Below, piece by piece: positions 19,027 to 28,700 of a stretch of 64,000 nucleotides of DNA. Made by a program: the position numbers and the translations under genes. Position 1 is the stretch's first letter. Every line of letters begins with the position of its first letter. The DNA comes from an archaeon GW2011_AR15 (GTDB lineage: Archaea; Nanobdellota; Nanobdellia; Woesearchaeales; GW2011-AR15), in NCBI GenBank assembly GCA_000830295.1, contig CP010425.1, forward strand, positions 800,001 through 864,000, read 5' to 3'. The notes under the pieces are model-generated. The model worked only from the letters and a program-made list of their open reading frames with translations, was not told where the DNA came from and made no database searches.

Positions 19027-20879
19027 CTTGGCTTTTCTCCCTCGATAAATATCTTATGCCAGAGTATAAAATTTGTCACAGACCAGAGCTGCCTTGAGTA
19101 ATATAAACTTGTAAGCCTGTTGAAACTCAGCAGCCTGCCTGAGAGCATCCTGTCGCTTGAGAGCAGCCTGTCAACATAGCTTTTTTTGAAGAACCTGTCT
19201 ACGATATCTTTTTTCTCGTCCAGGATATTTCTTGCATACTCGCCGAAATCCTGCTTGTACCATGTGTCTGTCGGGACCATAAAGCGCATTTTTTTCTTTT
19301 TGATTGTGCTCTTAGGCAGGAAGTCTTTCATGGCCTGCCTTATAATGTATTTTTCAGTCATGAGATTTATCTTATATTGTTCAGGGAGAGAAGCAGAGAA
19401 TTCAGCAAGAGTATGGTCACAGAATGGGACACGGCCTTCAATAGAGTTTGCCATTGTCACCTTGTCATATTTCAGGAGCATATCATCAGGCAGATATGTT
19501 TTCATATCGTGATATATCATCTTGTTAACAAGACCCTCCTGGCCTCTGAAATTTTTTCTTATCATCCCAAGCGATGACTCTTTCACATTATCCTTCAGCA
19601 GCACCTTTTTTTCGTCCTTGCTGAAAACAGAGCTGATGTTCAGGAAAGCTGCCGCATCATCAGATTCAAGAAAATCTTTTGTTTTCATGAAAAAAGGCTC
19701 TCTTGGCAGGAGATTAAGGCTAAGGCCGCCCGCTTGTTTAATGAACCTTGGAATTTTTTTCATTGCTTTCATTATCCTGTACTGCTCATACCCTGCAAAA
19801 ATCTCATCTGCACCGTCACCATTAAGGAGAACCCTGATATCCTTTGAAGCTTTCTCCGCAAGCACATAATTTGATATCACGATAGGGTCTGCAAGCGGCT
19901 CATCCATATGCCATGTTATTTTAGGAAGAAGACTTATGTAGCTAGAATCTATTGTGCACTCATGATGCTCTGTCCCGAATTTTTCAGCTATAACCCTGGC
20001 ATCTTCAAACTCATTTTTTAAGCCATCTTCAAAGCCGAGAGTGTAGGTATCTATTTTTTCATCAGTATTCTTTCTCATCATTGCAACAATTGAGCTGGAA
20101 TCTATGCCTCCAGAAAGCAAGGCTCCCACAGGAACATCGCTTATCATCCTGTATTTTACCGATTGTTCAAATAACTGCAGGAATTGCTTCTTGTAATATT
20201 CCAGGGACTTGTTTCCGGGAGAAAAAGTCACATCCCAGTATTTTTTGATAGAGATGCCTCTTGAATTATAAACAAGATAATGGCCCGGGTTTAGCTTGTA
20301 GATCTCTTTCAGCATTGTCTCCTCGCCTGAGCAATATCTGAAGCTGAAGTAGCCGTCAAGAAGATTCTCATTCAGTTTCCTGTCTATTTCCTTGTGCTCC
20401 AGTATCGCCTTTATTTCAGAGGCAAAGATGAATTTTGAACCATCGTGGAAGTAATAGAGCGGCTTTATCCCGAGTCTGTCACGGGCAATAAAAAGTTCTT
20501 TTTTTTCTGTGTCATACAGCGCAAACGCAAACATGCCGTTGAAATAATTCAGGCATTCTTTCCCATATTCTTCATAGCTGTGCACAATAACTTCAGTGTC
20601 AGTATCTGTGTAGAATCTGTGGCCTTTTTTTTCAAGCTTCTCCCTCAAATCTGAAGCGTTGTATATCTCCCCGTTAAAGAACAGGACAATGCTATGGTCT
20701 TCATTGAATATCGGCTGGTTTCCTCCCTTGATGTCTATGATGCTTAACCGGGTGTAGCCCAATGTAAACTTTTCGTCAGAATAAGTGTCAGCATGGTCTG
20801 GCCCCCTATGATTGAGAATTTTTGCCATTGCGGCAGCTAGCTTCCTATCGCTGAAATTAAAACCGAATATCCCGCACAT
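19023..20879 (-). CDS. asnB: Asparagine synthase (glutamine-hydrolysing) family amidotransferase, probably acting on sugar
   Basis: N-terminal MCGI, HRGPD, FNGEIYN, RDRLGIKPLYY, LSGGIDSS, GDGADE, SIEGRVPF. Confidence 0.93.
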   Translation of the reverse strand: MCGIFGFNFSDRKLAAAMAKILNHRGPDHADTYSDEKFTLGYTRLSIIDIKGGNQPIFNEDHSIVLFFNGEIYNASDLREKLEKKGHRFYTDTDTEVIVHSYEEYGKECLNYFNGMFAFALYDTEKKELFIARDRLGIKPLYYFHDGSKFIFASEIKAILEHKEIDRKLNENLLDGYFSFRYCSGEETMLKEIYKLNPGHYLVYNSRGISIKKYWDVTFSPGNKSLEYYKKQFLQLFEQSVKYRMISDVPVGALLSGGIDSSSIVAMMRKNTDEKIDTYTLGFEDGLKNEFEDARVIAEKFGTEHHECTIDSSYISLLPKITWHMDEPLADPIVISNYVLAEKASKDIRVLLNGDGADEIFAGYEQYRIMKAMKKIPRFIKQAGGLSLNLLPREPFFMKTKDFLESDDAAAFLNISSVFSKDEKKVLLKDNVKESSLGMIRKNFRGQEGLVNKMIYHDMKTYLPDDMLLKYDKVTMANSIEGRVPFCDHTLAEFSASLPEQYKINLMTEKYIIRQAMKDFLPKSTIKKKKMRFMVPTDTWYKQDFGEYARNILDEKKDIVDRFFKKSYVDRLLSSDRMLSGRLLSFNRLTSLYYSRQLWSVTNFILWHKIFIEGEKPR

Positions 20880-20919
20880 TTAAAGAATAATTGTAATCAA
20901 GATATAAATAAGTTACTCC

Positions 20920-22134
20920 TCAGAGCATTCTGGCTAATTTTACAAGTTTTCTCTTCACAGGCCCCAGTTTCTGAAGCCCGCCATGGGTCGCAAGATTCAG
21001 GCCGAGATTATCACAGCATAATAAGCAGCCGTTTTCCTCACGCTGCCACATATTCCCGATGTTTCTGAAATAAGGGTCTTTCACATCATAGTCAATCGTG
21101 TGCTTCCTGAAAGTGCACTGCCTGCTCCCCATCCATATTTCTTTTATGCTTTTTTCATAGATGTTGCCTATTGGTATCCTGATTGATTTAAGACATGAGT
21201 TGACATTACCGTCTCCAAGTATCCTCAGGAAAGTCCAGCCGGCATAGCATGGGATTGTGCCTATAATTGACTGGTCATACACACCCTTTTCAGTGTTTCC
21301 CTGCAGCCTCCTGAGAAACTGGTCATAGTTCCTGAATTCAATCTTATGGTTATATTTCCTCTCCCAGTAATGGAATTTCGGCCAGATGTTCCTCACTTTG
21401 TCAGCCAGCCATTCCCTCTGCTCCTTGTTCAGCATAAGCACATCAGTTTTTCCGGGGACAATATCTGTGGGAGTGAAGTCTATTCCAGTAACCTTTACTC
21501 TGAATGCAAATTCCACCATGTTTTCGAAATCATCGTAATTGAGGGTTGAAATTACATCGTAGATGAACAAAGTCGGTTTGTTTGTCCTGTATTTCTGCTT
21601 AAGCTTATAGAAGTGCTTGAACATGTGCTCTACCCTGTAGAATGCCTCTTTTGTCTTGTTTGGGTGGACCCTGTCATATGCCTCAGGAGAGCCTGCCCAG
21701 ACACTGCAGTTCATGTTGTCAACTCCTGCTTTTACAAGCCTCTCAGCCTTTTTTTCGTTTACAAGAGTGAAGTTATTGCTCATGTCGCACCTTATGCCTT
21801 TTTTCTTCACGTATTCCATTATTTCCACAGCATTGGGATGCATGAAAGGCTCTCCGCCACCTGTAAAGTAGATATCCCTTACACCCAGGTCGTCAAGGTC
21901 GTCTATTAGTTTTTTCACAAGGGGATAAGGAAGAAACTTCTTTTTTGTCTCAGGCGTCATGGCAATCTCTCCCAGCAGAGGGGAATGGCACCAGCATCCT
22001 ACGCAGTCGCTGTTGCAGCTGTTTGTTATGTCAATCTGCACAGTAAGCGGGCCGGTGTAAATTTTCCTGTCAAGTATGCCTGCGGCTATCTTTGCTTTCT
22101 GTACATTGTCCTTTAATCTATTCATCAATTGCAT
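20920..22134 (-). CDS. Radical SAM SPASM/twitch protein, close paralog of 16938..18146
   Basis: CNSDCVGC, TGGGEPFMHP, CYAGW...GNVNSC. Confidence 0.92.
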   Translation of the reverse strand: MQLMNRLKDNVQKAKIAAGILDRKIYTGPLTVQIDITNSCNSDCVGCWCHSPLLGEIAMTPETKKKFLPYPLVKKLIDDLDDLGVRDIYFTGGGEPFMHPNAVEIMEYVKKKGIRCDMSNNFTLVNEKKAERLVKAGVDNMNCSVWAGSPEAYDRVHPNKTKEAFYRVEHMFKHFYKLKQKYRTNKPTLFIYDVISTLNYDDFENMVEFAFRVKVTGIDFTPTDIVPGKTDVLMLNKEQREWLADKVRNIWPKFHYWERKYNHKIEFRNYDQFLRRLQGNTEKGVYDQSIIGTIPCYAGWTFLRILGDGNVNSCLKSIRIPIGNIYEKSIKEIWMGSRQCTFRKHTIDYDVKDPYFRNIGNMWQREENGCLLCCDNLGLNLATHGGLQKLGPVKRKLVKLARML

Positions 22135-23536
22135 TTTGCTTTAACCTGATGTCTGTCTCTATGTTCATTCCGACATTGTCACAGCTCCTGTGGCAGTTGA
22201 TAACCTTAAAGTAAGGATGGCCCTTTTTTTCAGTCTTGGCCAAAAACCTGAATTCGTTGTATTTGTTTGAATACCATATATCTTTAAAGCTTTTTTCATG
22301 GAGATTTCCCAAAGGCATCTTGTGGCCTTTGCAGCATGGCAGCACATCCCCGTTTGGAAGTATCCTTGTGAATGTCCAGCCGATATAGCACGGCATCCTG
22401 TCCACGATGTTAATATCATACTTCTGCTTTTTATTGTCTTTTATGCTGCTTATTCTCCTGTAGAGGCTGCCGAAGCCAAGAATCCTTAAAAAGCTCAGCT
22501 TGAATGGGTTTTCAGTTGAGTAGCAAATGCTTTTCCTGTCGCAGCCTATGCACATGCCCTGGGAGAAGGCAAAGTCCAGTGACGTTTTTGTTACGTTCCT
22601 TGCAGAGCTAAAATAGTCCTTAGGGCACCGTATTTTTTTGCTGTTCTCTTCCACTCTAAACCCTTCCGGTAATGTATTCCTGTAAAACCTGCCGAACTCA
22701 ATGAACTCATCATTATGCTCATTTCCGAAAGTAAAGTAATTCTCTTTTTTCTTTAATTTCCTGAACTGCTCAACCATGCTCTCCATATGCTGTTCGCTCA
22801 GCTTCAGGCTGTCTGATTTTCCCTTCACTATATCCGCAACCTGGAACTCAATAAACTCAACCTGCGTATCAAGCGCAAAATTTATCATTTCCTCAAGCTC
22901 ATGGTAGTTCTTATTGGAAATTACATTGTATATCTTAACCACTGGCAGGCCGCTATGTTCTTTTTTTAGAGAAGCAAGATGGAGAAGGTTTTCCCTTATT
23001 CTTTCAAAGGTTTTTTCTGTCTGGTTTGGATGCGTTTTTACGTAGGTTTCTGCTGTCCCTGCCCACAGGCTTAATGTAATCCTGTCAACGCCAATCTCTG
23101 CAAATTCTTTCAGGATTTCTTTTGATACAAGCGTGAAGTTGGTTATCAGATGGAGAACAAGGCCTTTCTCCTTAATTGCCCTGACAATTTCCATGAAATA
23201 TGGATACATCATAGGATCCCCGCTTCCTGAAAGCTGTATTTCTCTTGTCCCGTTTTCAGCAGCCTGCTCAATAAGAGTCAGGACAGTATCCTTCGGAAGG
23301 TGCTTCATCTTCCATTCTCCCCTGAACTTCAGCTTACCCATAAGCTCGGAATGGCACCAGCATCCTACACAGTTCAGGTTGCAGTTGTTTGTCAGGTCGA
23401 GCTGTATAATCTGGGGGAAAGAAAAGGCTTTATTTCCTGCCTCAATCCCCTTTATAATATCTCCTGAGAAATCAGTGAAAATGCTCTGGGGATAAGGATC
23501 ATAGTGCCTTACAACCTCCTGAGTATCCTGTTCCAT
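22118..23536 (-). CDS. Radical SAM SPASM/twitch protein with a Cys-containing insertion
   Basis: CNLNCVGC, SGSGDP, CYIGW...GDVLPCC, C-terminal CHRSCDN. Confidence 0.9.
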   Translation of the reverse strand: MEQDTQEVVRHYDPYPQSIFTDFSGDIIKGIEAGNKAFSFPQIIQLDLTNNCNLNCVGCWCHSELMGKLKFRGEWKMKHLPKDTVLTLIEQAAENGTREIQLSGSGDPMMYPYFMEIVRAIKEKGLVLHLITNFTLVSKEILKEFAEIGVDRITLSLWAGTAETYVKTHPNQTEKTFERIRENLLHLASLKKEHSGLPVVKIYNVISNKNYHELEEMINFALDTQVEFIEFQVADIVKGKSDSLKLSEQHMESMVEQFRKLKKKENYFTFGNEHNDEFIEFGRFYRNTLPEGFRVEENSKKIRCPKDYFSSARNVTKTSLDFAFSQGMCIGCDRKSICYSTENPFKLSFLRILGFGSLYRRISSIKDNKKQKYDINIVDRMPCYIGWTFTRILPNGDVLPCCKGHKMPLGNLHEKSFKDIWYSNKYNEFRFLAKTEKKGHPYFKVINCHRSCDNVGMNIETDIRLKQNAIDE

Positions 23537-23582
23537 ATAGTCCCCCTCAGCAGAATAATCTCCACAATTAAAAAGATTTGGC

Positions 23583-25730
23583 TTATTCTATATATAGGCC
23601 GATAGTGCTTATTATTTTGCCGAACCCAAGCTTCTGGTTTTCAAAGTCATCTATTTTTACCCATACTCTGCCAGATCTCAGAATCTGGTGGTTTATGCTG
23701 AACCTGTATACAATCCACTTCTGATGCCCTGATATGGTAACTCCGCCGATATTGAACCATTCCCTATTATCATAGCTGAGGAATATCTTTATTGGCCCGG
23801 ATTTCGCCTGCCCGAAAGAGTTGTCCCAGATTTTTATTTTCAGCACAAGGTCAATTTTCTTTTCAAAACAAGTCCCGGGAGTCTTTAGCACGATGCCGGC
23901 CCACCCGAGGAATGCCCTTGCATTTTCCCCGTGCATTATATTATCTTTTCCGCCGTAGCACATGCTTTCTGCCGGAGTTTTTATTACCCATGAGCCCAAC
24001 GGCTCGTGGCTAAGCTCGCTTTTTCTAATGCCAAGATGGACAGTATCAACAGTTTTTCTTTCTTCAATAAACCTTTTGATTTTGCTGTAGATCGGATTCT
24101 GTCTTTCTGGTTTTGCCAGTAGGGGCTGGGGAGCCTGCGCTGCTGCTTCCACTGTCTTTTCCGGCATTTGTGTTGGCTCTTCTTTTTCTCCGGACAGGAT
24201 GCTTTCAGGGTTGGGATGGTATAATGTTCCGTCAATATCAGCAATCTGCTTCTTGAAAAAGTCAAATTTTTCCTCAAATGACGGCTCGCTGCCGCCCCCT
24301 TCCAATGCCAGCATGGTCGCTTCCTTGGCTTCCTTGAGGTTGGTCTCAAGCATTGGGATGTCAAGCTCTTTTAGCAGGGCCAGCATCCTTTTTGTCCTGT
24401 CCTTCCTGACCTCATATGTGTTTTCCCCGTTGTCAGAAACCCAGTGTATGTGCCTGAAGGCTTCATCCAGTATCTTTATGCCGAATTCCTCGCGCTTCTC
24501 ATAGACATCTGTATCGTCTATAAGGTGAAGCATGTTCACGGATTTGACTGCTGTGAGGTATTTCCTGTTCTTTCTTATGAAATCCAGAGTCATCTGGAAC
24601 TCTTCCTCTCCCTCTCCCGGATAGCCAATCATGGTGAAAATGAAGATAGGGATGCCCACTTCATGGGTTCTCTTTAATGTCCCCTCTATTATTTCTCTTG
24701 TGTATGGTTTCCTCATGTTCCTCAGCACTTTGTCTGAGCCGGATTCAACGCCATATTCAATCTTGTAGCACCCTGATTTCTTCATTTTTGTAAGGAGCTC
24801 TGTCGTCATCCTGTTGGAAGGTATTGCCTGGCCGAACCATTTTATTTTTAGATTTTTCTGGAGTATGAGGTCGCAGACCTTTTCGAGCTTCTTTATATCC
24901 CCATTGAAAGTCGGGTCAGTTACAGTGAACTTTGTAATCCCGTTATTCCTGACATGGTATTCAATCTCTCCCACAATGTTCTCCGGCTCCCTGTACCTGT
25001 AGCCCTCCCACAGTCCTTTTATCTTGCAGAAAGCGCAGTTGGCAGTGCATCCTCTTGACCATTCAAGAGTGAGGGATTGCGTTGTATATTGTGTTAAGTC
25101 AAATCCCCTGTAGGTCGGGAAGGGGAATTCATCAACATCTTCTTTGTGGGGCCGCGGCGAATAGCTGGAATATTTTCCGTTCTTGTGAGTGATCAACCCG
25201 GGTATGTTTTCAAGGGGCTTTCCTTTTTTGCATGCATCAAGAATATCGAGGAGGGTATCTTCCCCTTCATTTACAACATAGGCATCCACAAGATTAGGAA
25301 GCCTCTCCACAAATATCTTCCTTGAATCTTCGGTTGAGCAGGCAGGCCCGCCGAGGAGTATTATTTTTTCCGGAATCTTCTCTTTTATCCTCTTGATAAG
25401 CTCGATAGTTATCCTTTCCTTTGGGTCAACCACAGAAAAACCGACGATTGTTGCATTGCTGTCAAGAATCCTTCTGGCTGCGTAATCAATCAGCTGGTTG
25501 ATGTGCTGTTTAAGTATGTCAAAAGTATAGTCGTTCCTCCAGAAATTTTTGTTCTCGAAATGCCAGAGGTATTTCAGGGAATCATCTGTGTTGTTATGGA
25601 CATAAATATTGAAGTCAAATACCTCAACCCTGATTCCCTTTGATTCCAGGAAAGTAGACAGGTAGGCAATTCCTGTAGGAGGGTTGTCCACACCCCATGG
25701 AGGCGGGTTTACTAGGATAATATCTTTAAT
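23583..25730 (-). CDS. Cobalamin-binding radical SAM protein with a C-terminal beta-rich domain; start uncertain (ATT at 25730 or GTG at 25691)
   Basis: IILLGGP, NEGE, SRGCTANCAFC, GVESGS, MIGYPGE; conserved DIILVNPPPWG strand lies upstream of the GTG. Confidence 0.85.
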   Translation of the reverse strand: MKDIILVNPPPWGVDNPPTGIAYLSTFLESKGIRVEVFDFNIYVHNNTDDSLKYLWHFENKNFWRNDYTFDILKQHINQLIDYAARRILDSNATIVGFSVVDPKERITIELIKRIKEKIPEKIILLGGPACSTEDSRKIFVERLPNLVDAYVVNEGEDTLLDILDACKKGKPLENIPGLITHKNGKYSSYSPRPHKEDVDEFPFPTYRGFDLTQYTTQSLTLEWSRGCTANCAFCKIKGLWEGYRYREPENIVGEIEYHVRNNGITKFTVTDPTFNGDIKKLEKVCDLILQKNLKIKWFGQAIPSNRMTTELLTKMKKSGCYKIEYGVESGSDKVLRNMRKPYTREIIEGTLKRTHEVGIPIFIFTMIGYPGEGEEEFQMTLDFIRKNRKYLTAVKSVNMLHLIDDTDVYEKREEFGIKILDEAFRHIHWVSDNGENTYEVRKDRTKRMLALLKELDIPMLETNLKEAKEATMLALEGGGSEPSFEEKFDFFKKQIADIDGTLYHPNPESILSGEKEEPTQMPEKTVEAAAQAPQPLLAKPERQNPIYSKIKRFIEERKTVDTVHLGIRKSELSHEPLGSWVIKTPAESMCYGGKDNIMHGENARAFLGWAGIVLKTPGTCFEKKIDLVLKIKIWDNSFGQAKSGPIKIFLSYDNREWFNIGGVTISGHQKWIVYRFSINHQILRSGRVWVKIDDFENQKLGFGKIISTIGLYIE

Positions 25731-28700
25731 TTTTTCTTCACCTCTGCTGGTTTTTTCTTTGCCTGCTCATCATAAAGATTCACGAGGGGAGTCTGCACGC
25801 CAAGTTCTTTGCAGAGTGCTGCTATCCTCTTTACCCTTTCTTTCCTTATCTCATAAGTGTTAGTCAGATCTGAAGTATGCCACTTGTAAAACCCGTCATT
25901 TTCATTAGGCACAACAATTCCTGCCTTTTCCGGCTCGGCTGTAAGATTTGTTCCTGCTATTAATAAACATGGAGTAAGGCTTGAAATCATCTTTATATAT
26001 TTGGCGTGGCTCTTTACAAAATCATAAGTTTCCATAAATTCTTTTTCGCCTTCACCAGGGTATCCGATTATAAGGTTTATGCCGATAGTTATTCCTGCAT
26101 TGTGCATCCTCGGCAGCAGGTCCTGCAGATGTTTCATCCTGTAGGGCTTGTTCATTTTCTCAAGCACGGTATCAGAGCAGCTTTCAACACCGAACACCAT
26201 CACTCTACAGCCGGCCATCCTCATTTTCCTCAAAAGCTGGTCTGACATTCTTGAGTTTACAATTCCCTGGGCAGACCAGTTTACCTCCAGGTTCCTCTTT
26301 ATTATATGGTTGCAGATCTCTTCCAGAGCCTTCAGATTCCCGTTGATGACAAGGTCCCTGAAATTAAAGCTGTTAACCCCGTAGTTTTTTATGTGCATCT
26401 CCATCTCATCCACGACATCCTTGGCAGGCCTTGCAGTGTAATTTGCCCTGTACATCCAGTCAAGGCAGAAATTGCATCTTGCGACACATCCCCTGCTGGC
26501 TATCATAGGAAGGGAATTTTCTTTGTATTTTTTCAGGTTAAATTCCATAAAAGTAGGAGATGCCAGTTCTCCAAGGTCCTTTTCAAAATGCCATGGATGC
26601 ATCTTCTCTTTTTCTTTTCTCGGGCCTAATTCCCCAGAGCTGTTGGCTTTTAACACAACCACGCCAGGCAAGTCTTCAATCGGCTGATTTTCTTTTAATC
26701 TTTGGACTATTCTCGGCATCATTAACTCCGCTTCCCCTATCACAGCGAAGTCAATATAATCCTTCATTTCAGACTGCCAGAAATAGCCATCGTCGCTGTT
26801 AGGGCCGCCTATGCATATCTTTAGCTCAGGATTGTTTTTCTTGAGGATCTTTGCCAGCATGCATGAAAAATTATAATTAGCAGCATTTACAGACAGGCCT
26901 ACAAGCACAGGCTTGTCATCCATGATCCGCTTTATCATATTGTTCATATATGGTTTATAATTCTGGAAGAGGTATTCGTGGAATTTTTCTTCAGACCATT
27001 TGAAATATTCCTCCATGTGCCATGCCCTCTTATCATTTTCAGGCGCAAGATTATAGAGGTCAATATTCATATCAAAGACTTCAGTTTTTACTCCGTGCTT
27101 TTTCAGGTTTGAAGCAAGGTATGCAATGCCGAGAGGAGGCATCAGGACATCCCACGGCGGGCACATGATGAGGAAGACGTCGGTTTTTCTCACTATCTCT
27201 TTTTCTTTATACCCGGCAAAAGCAGAGAGATTATCTTCATATACCTCAAGATTTAATTCTTTGGCAAGATTAAGTAATCTTCTTAATCTCCCTTTTCTTA
27301 TGCTGTCTGTATTAGTTCCGTCTTTTGTCCTCCACCTGACTTCAGCTACACTATTATCTTCAGGCAGGATAATCCCATATTCGTCTTTGTTTTCCATGAG
27401 TTCTGAGTTGTATACAACATTGCAGGTTTTTGCATTGCAAATTCTATCAATGTACTGCCTATTTCTTTTTATGAAATCAAGGGTCATCTGGAAATCCTCT
27501 TCTGTTTCCCCAGGATAGCCTACTATGAAGTTTGGCTGGGCATTAATCCCCATTTCATAGGAATATTTCAGAACTTTCTCTATTGTTTCAATAGTTGTGT
27601 ATTTTTTCATTGCTTTCAATATCCTATCAGATCCGGTCTCAACACCGAACATCAAAACATCACACCCGGCCCGCTTCATCTTTTCCAGCAATTTCTGTGT
27701 AAGATTTTTCATTGGTATGGCATTGGCAACCCACCCTATTTTCAACTTATGACTTATAATAAGATCACAGAATTTATTTAGTTCGGGTATATTGCCATTT
27801 ATCAGCAAATCACTAAAATTAAATTTAGTAATTCCTTTCTGGACATGATAATAAATCTCCTGGAATACCTGCTCAGCAGGCCTTACCCTGAACTTTCCCA
27901 TTATATTCACATCATTGCAGAAAGTACATTCTCCAATGCATCCTTTAGAAAAATAGAGGGCAATCCTCTCCTGGGCGATATAATCTTTATTGTAGTCTAT
28001 TTTCAGGGCTTTAGACTTGCTTAGGTCAAATGCTTCCCTTTCTTTAAACTTTCCTTCATGCCGGAAGATAAAAATACCGGGAATACCTGAAATTTCAAGA
28101 TAGGTTTTTTTTGCTTTTATAGCATCCACCAGTTCTATAATTGCTTCCTCTCCATCTCCAACCACAAAATAATCTATGGTTGACTTCCTGAATCTTTCCA
28201 GTTCTCTCTTTACAGAGCATGAAGGCCCGCCGACTACAATTTTTACATTATTATCAATATTCTTAATTAATTTAGCTAATTCTATGATCATTAATGTATT
28301 TTCCTGATAGGCGGAAAATCCGATAACTCTGGATGTCTGCACCAATTCTTTTGCAAATTCAACCAAATCCACCTTAAATCTCTTTTTTAATTCTTCAAAG
28401 AAAGGATATTCTGTCCAGTTGATTTTTAAATCCTGGTGCCAGTATTTCTGCAGGTCTTTATGGCGCCTATACAGCTTTAGATTTATATCACATATCTCCG
28501 CATTGAGTCCATGTGAAACCATATATTCTTTCAGGTAATTTACCCCAGTCGGCGGAGTATTCACTCCCCATACAGGGCAGACAACAAGTGCCAGATCCAC
28601 AGGTTCATTCTTTTTCTTGTCCTCCCCTGACTGCGATAGATTTGAGAAATACACATCATAGCCGAGCTCTTTTACAAATTCATACGCTCTTTTTGCCCTG

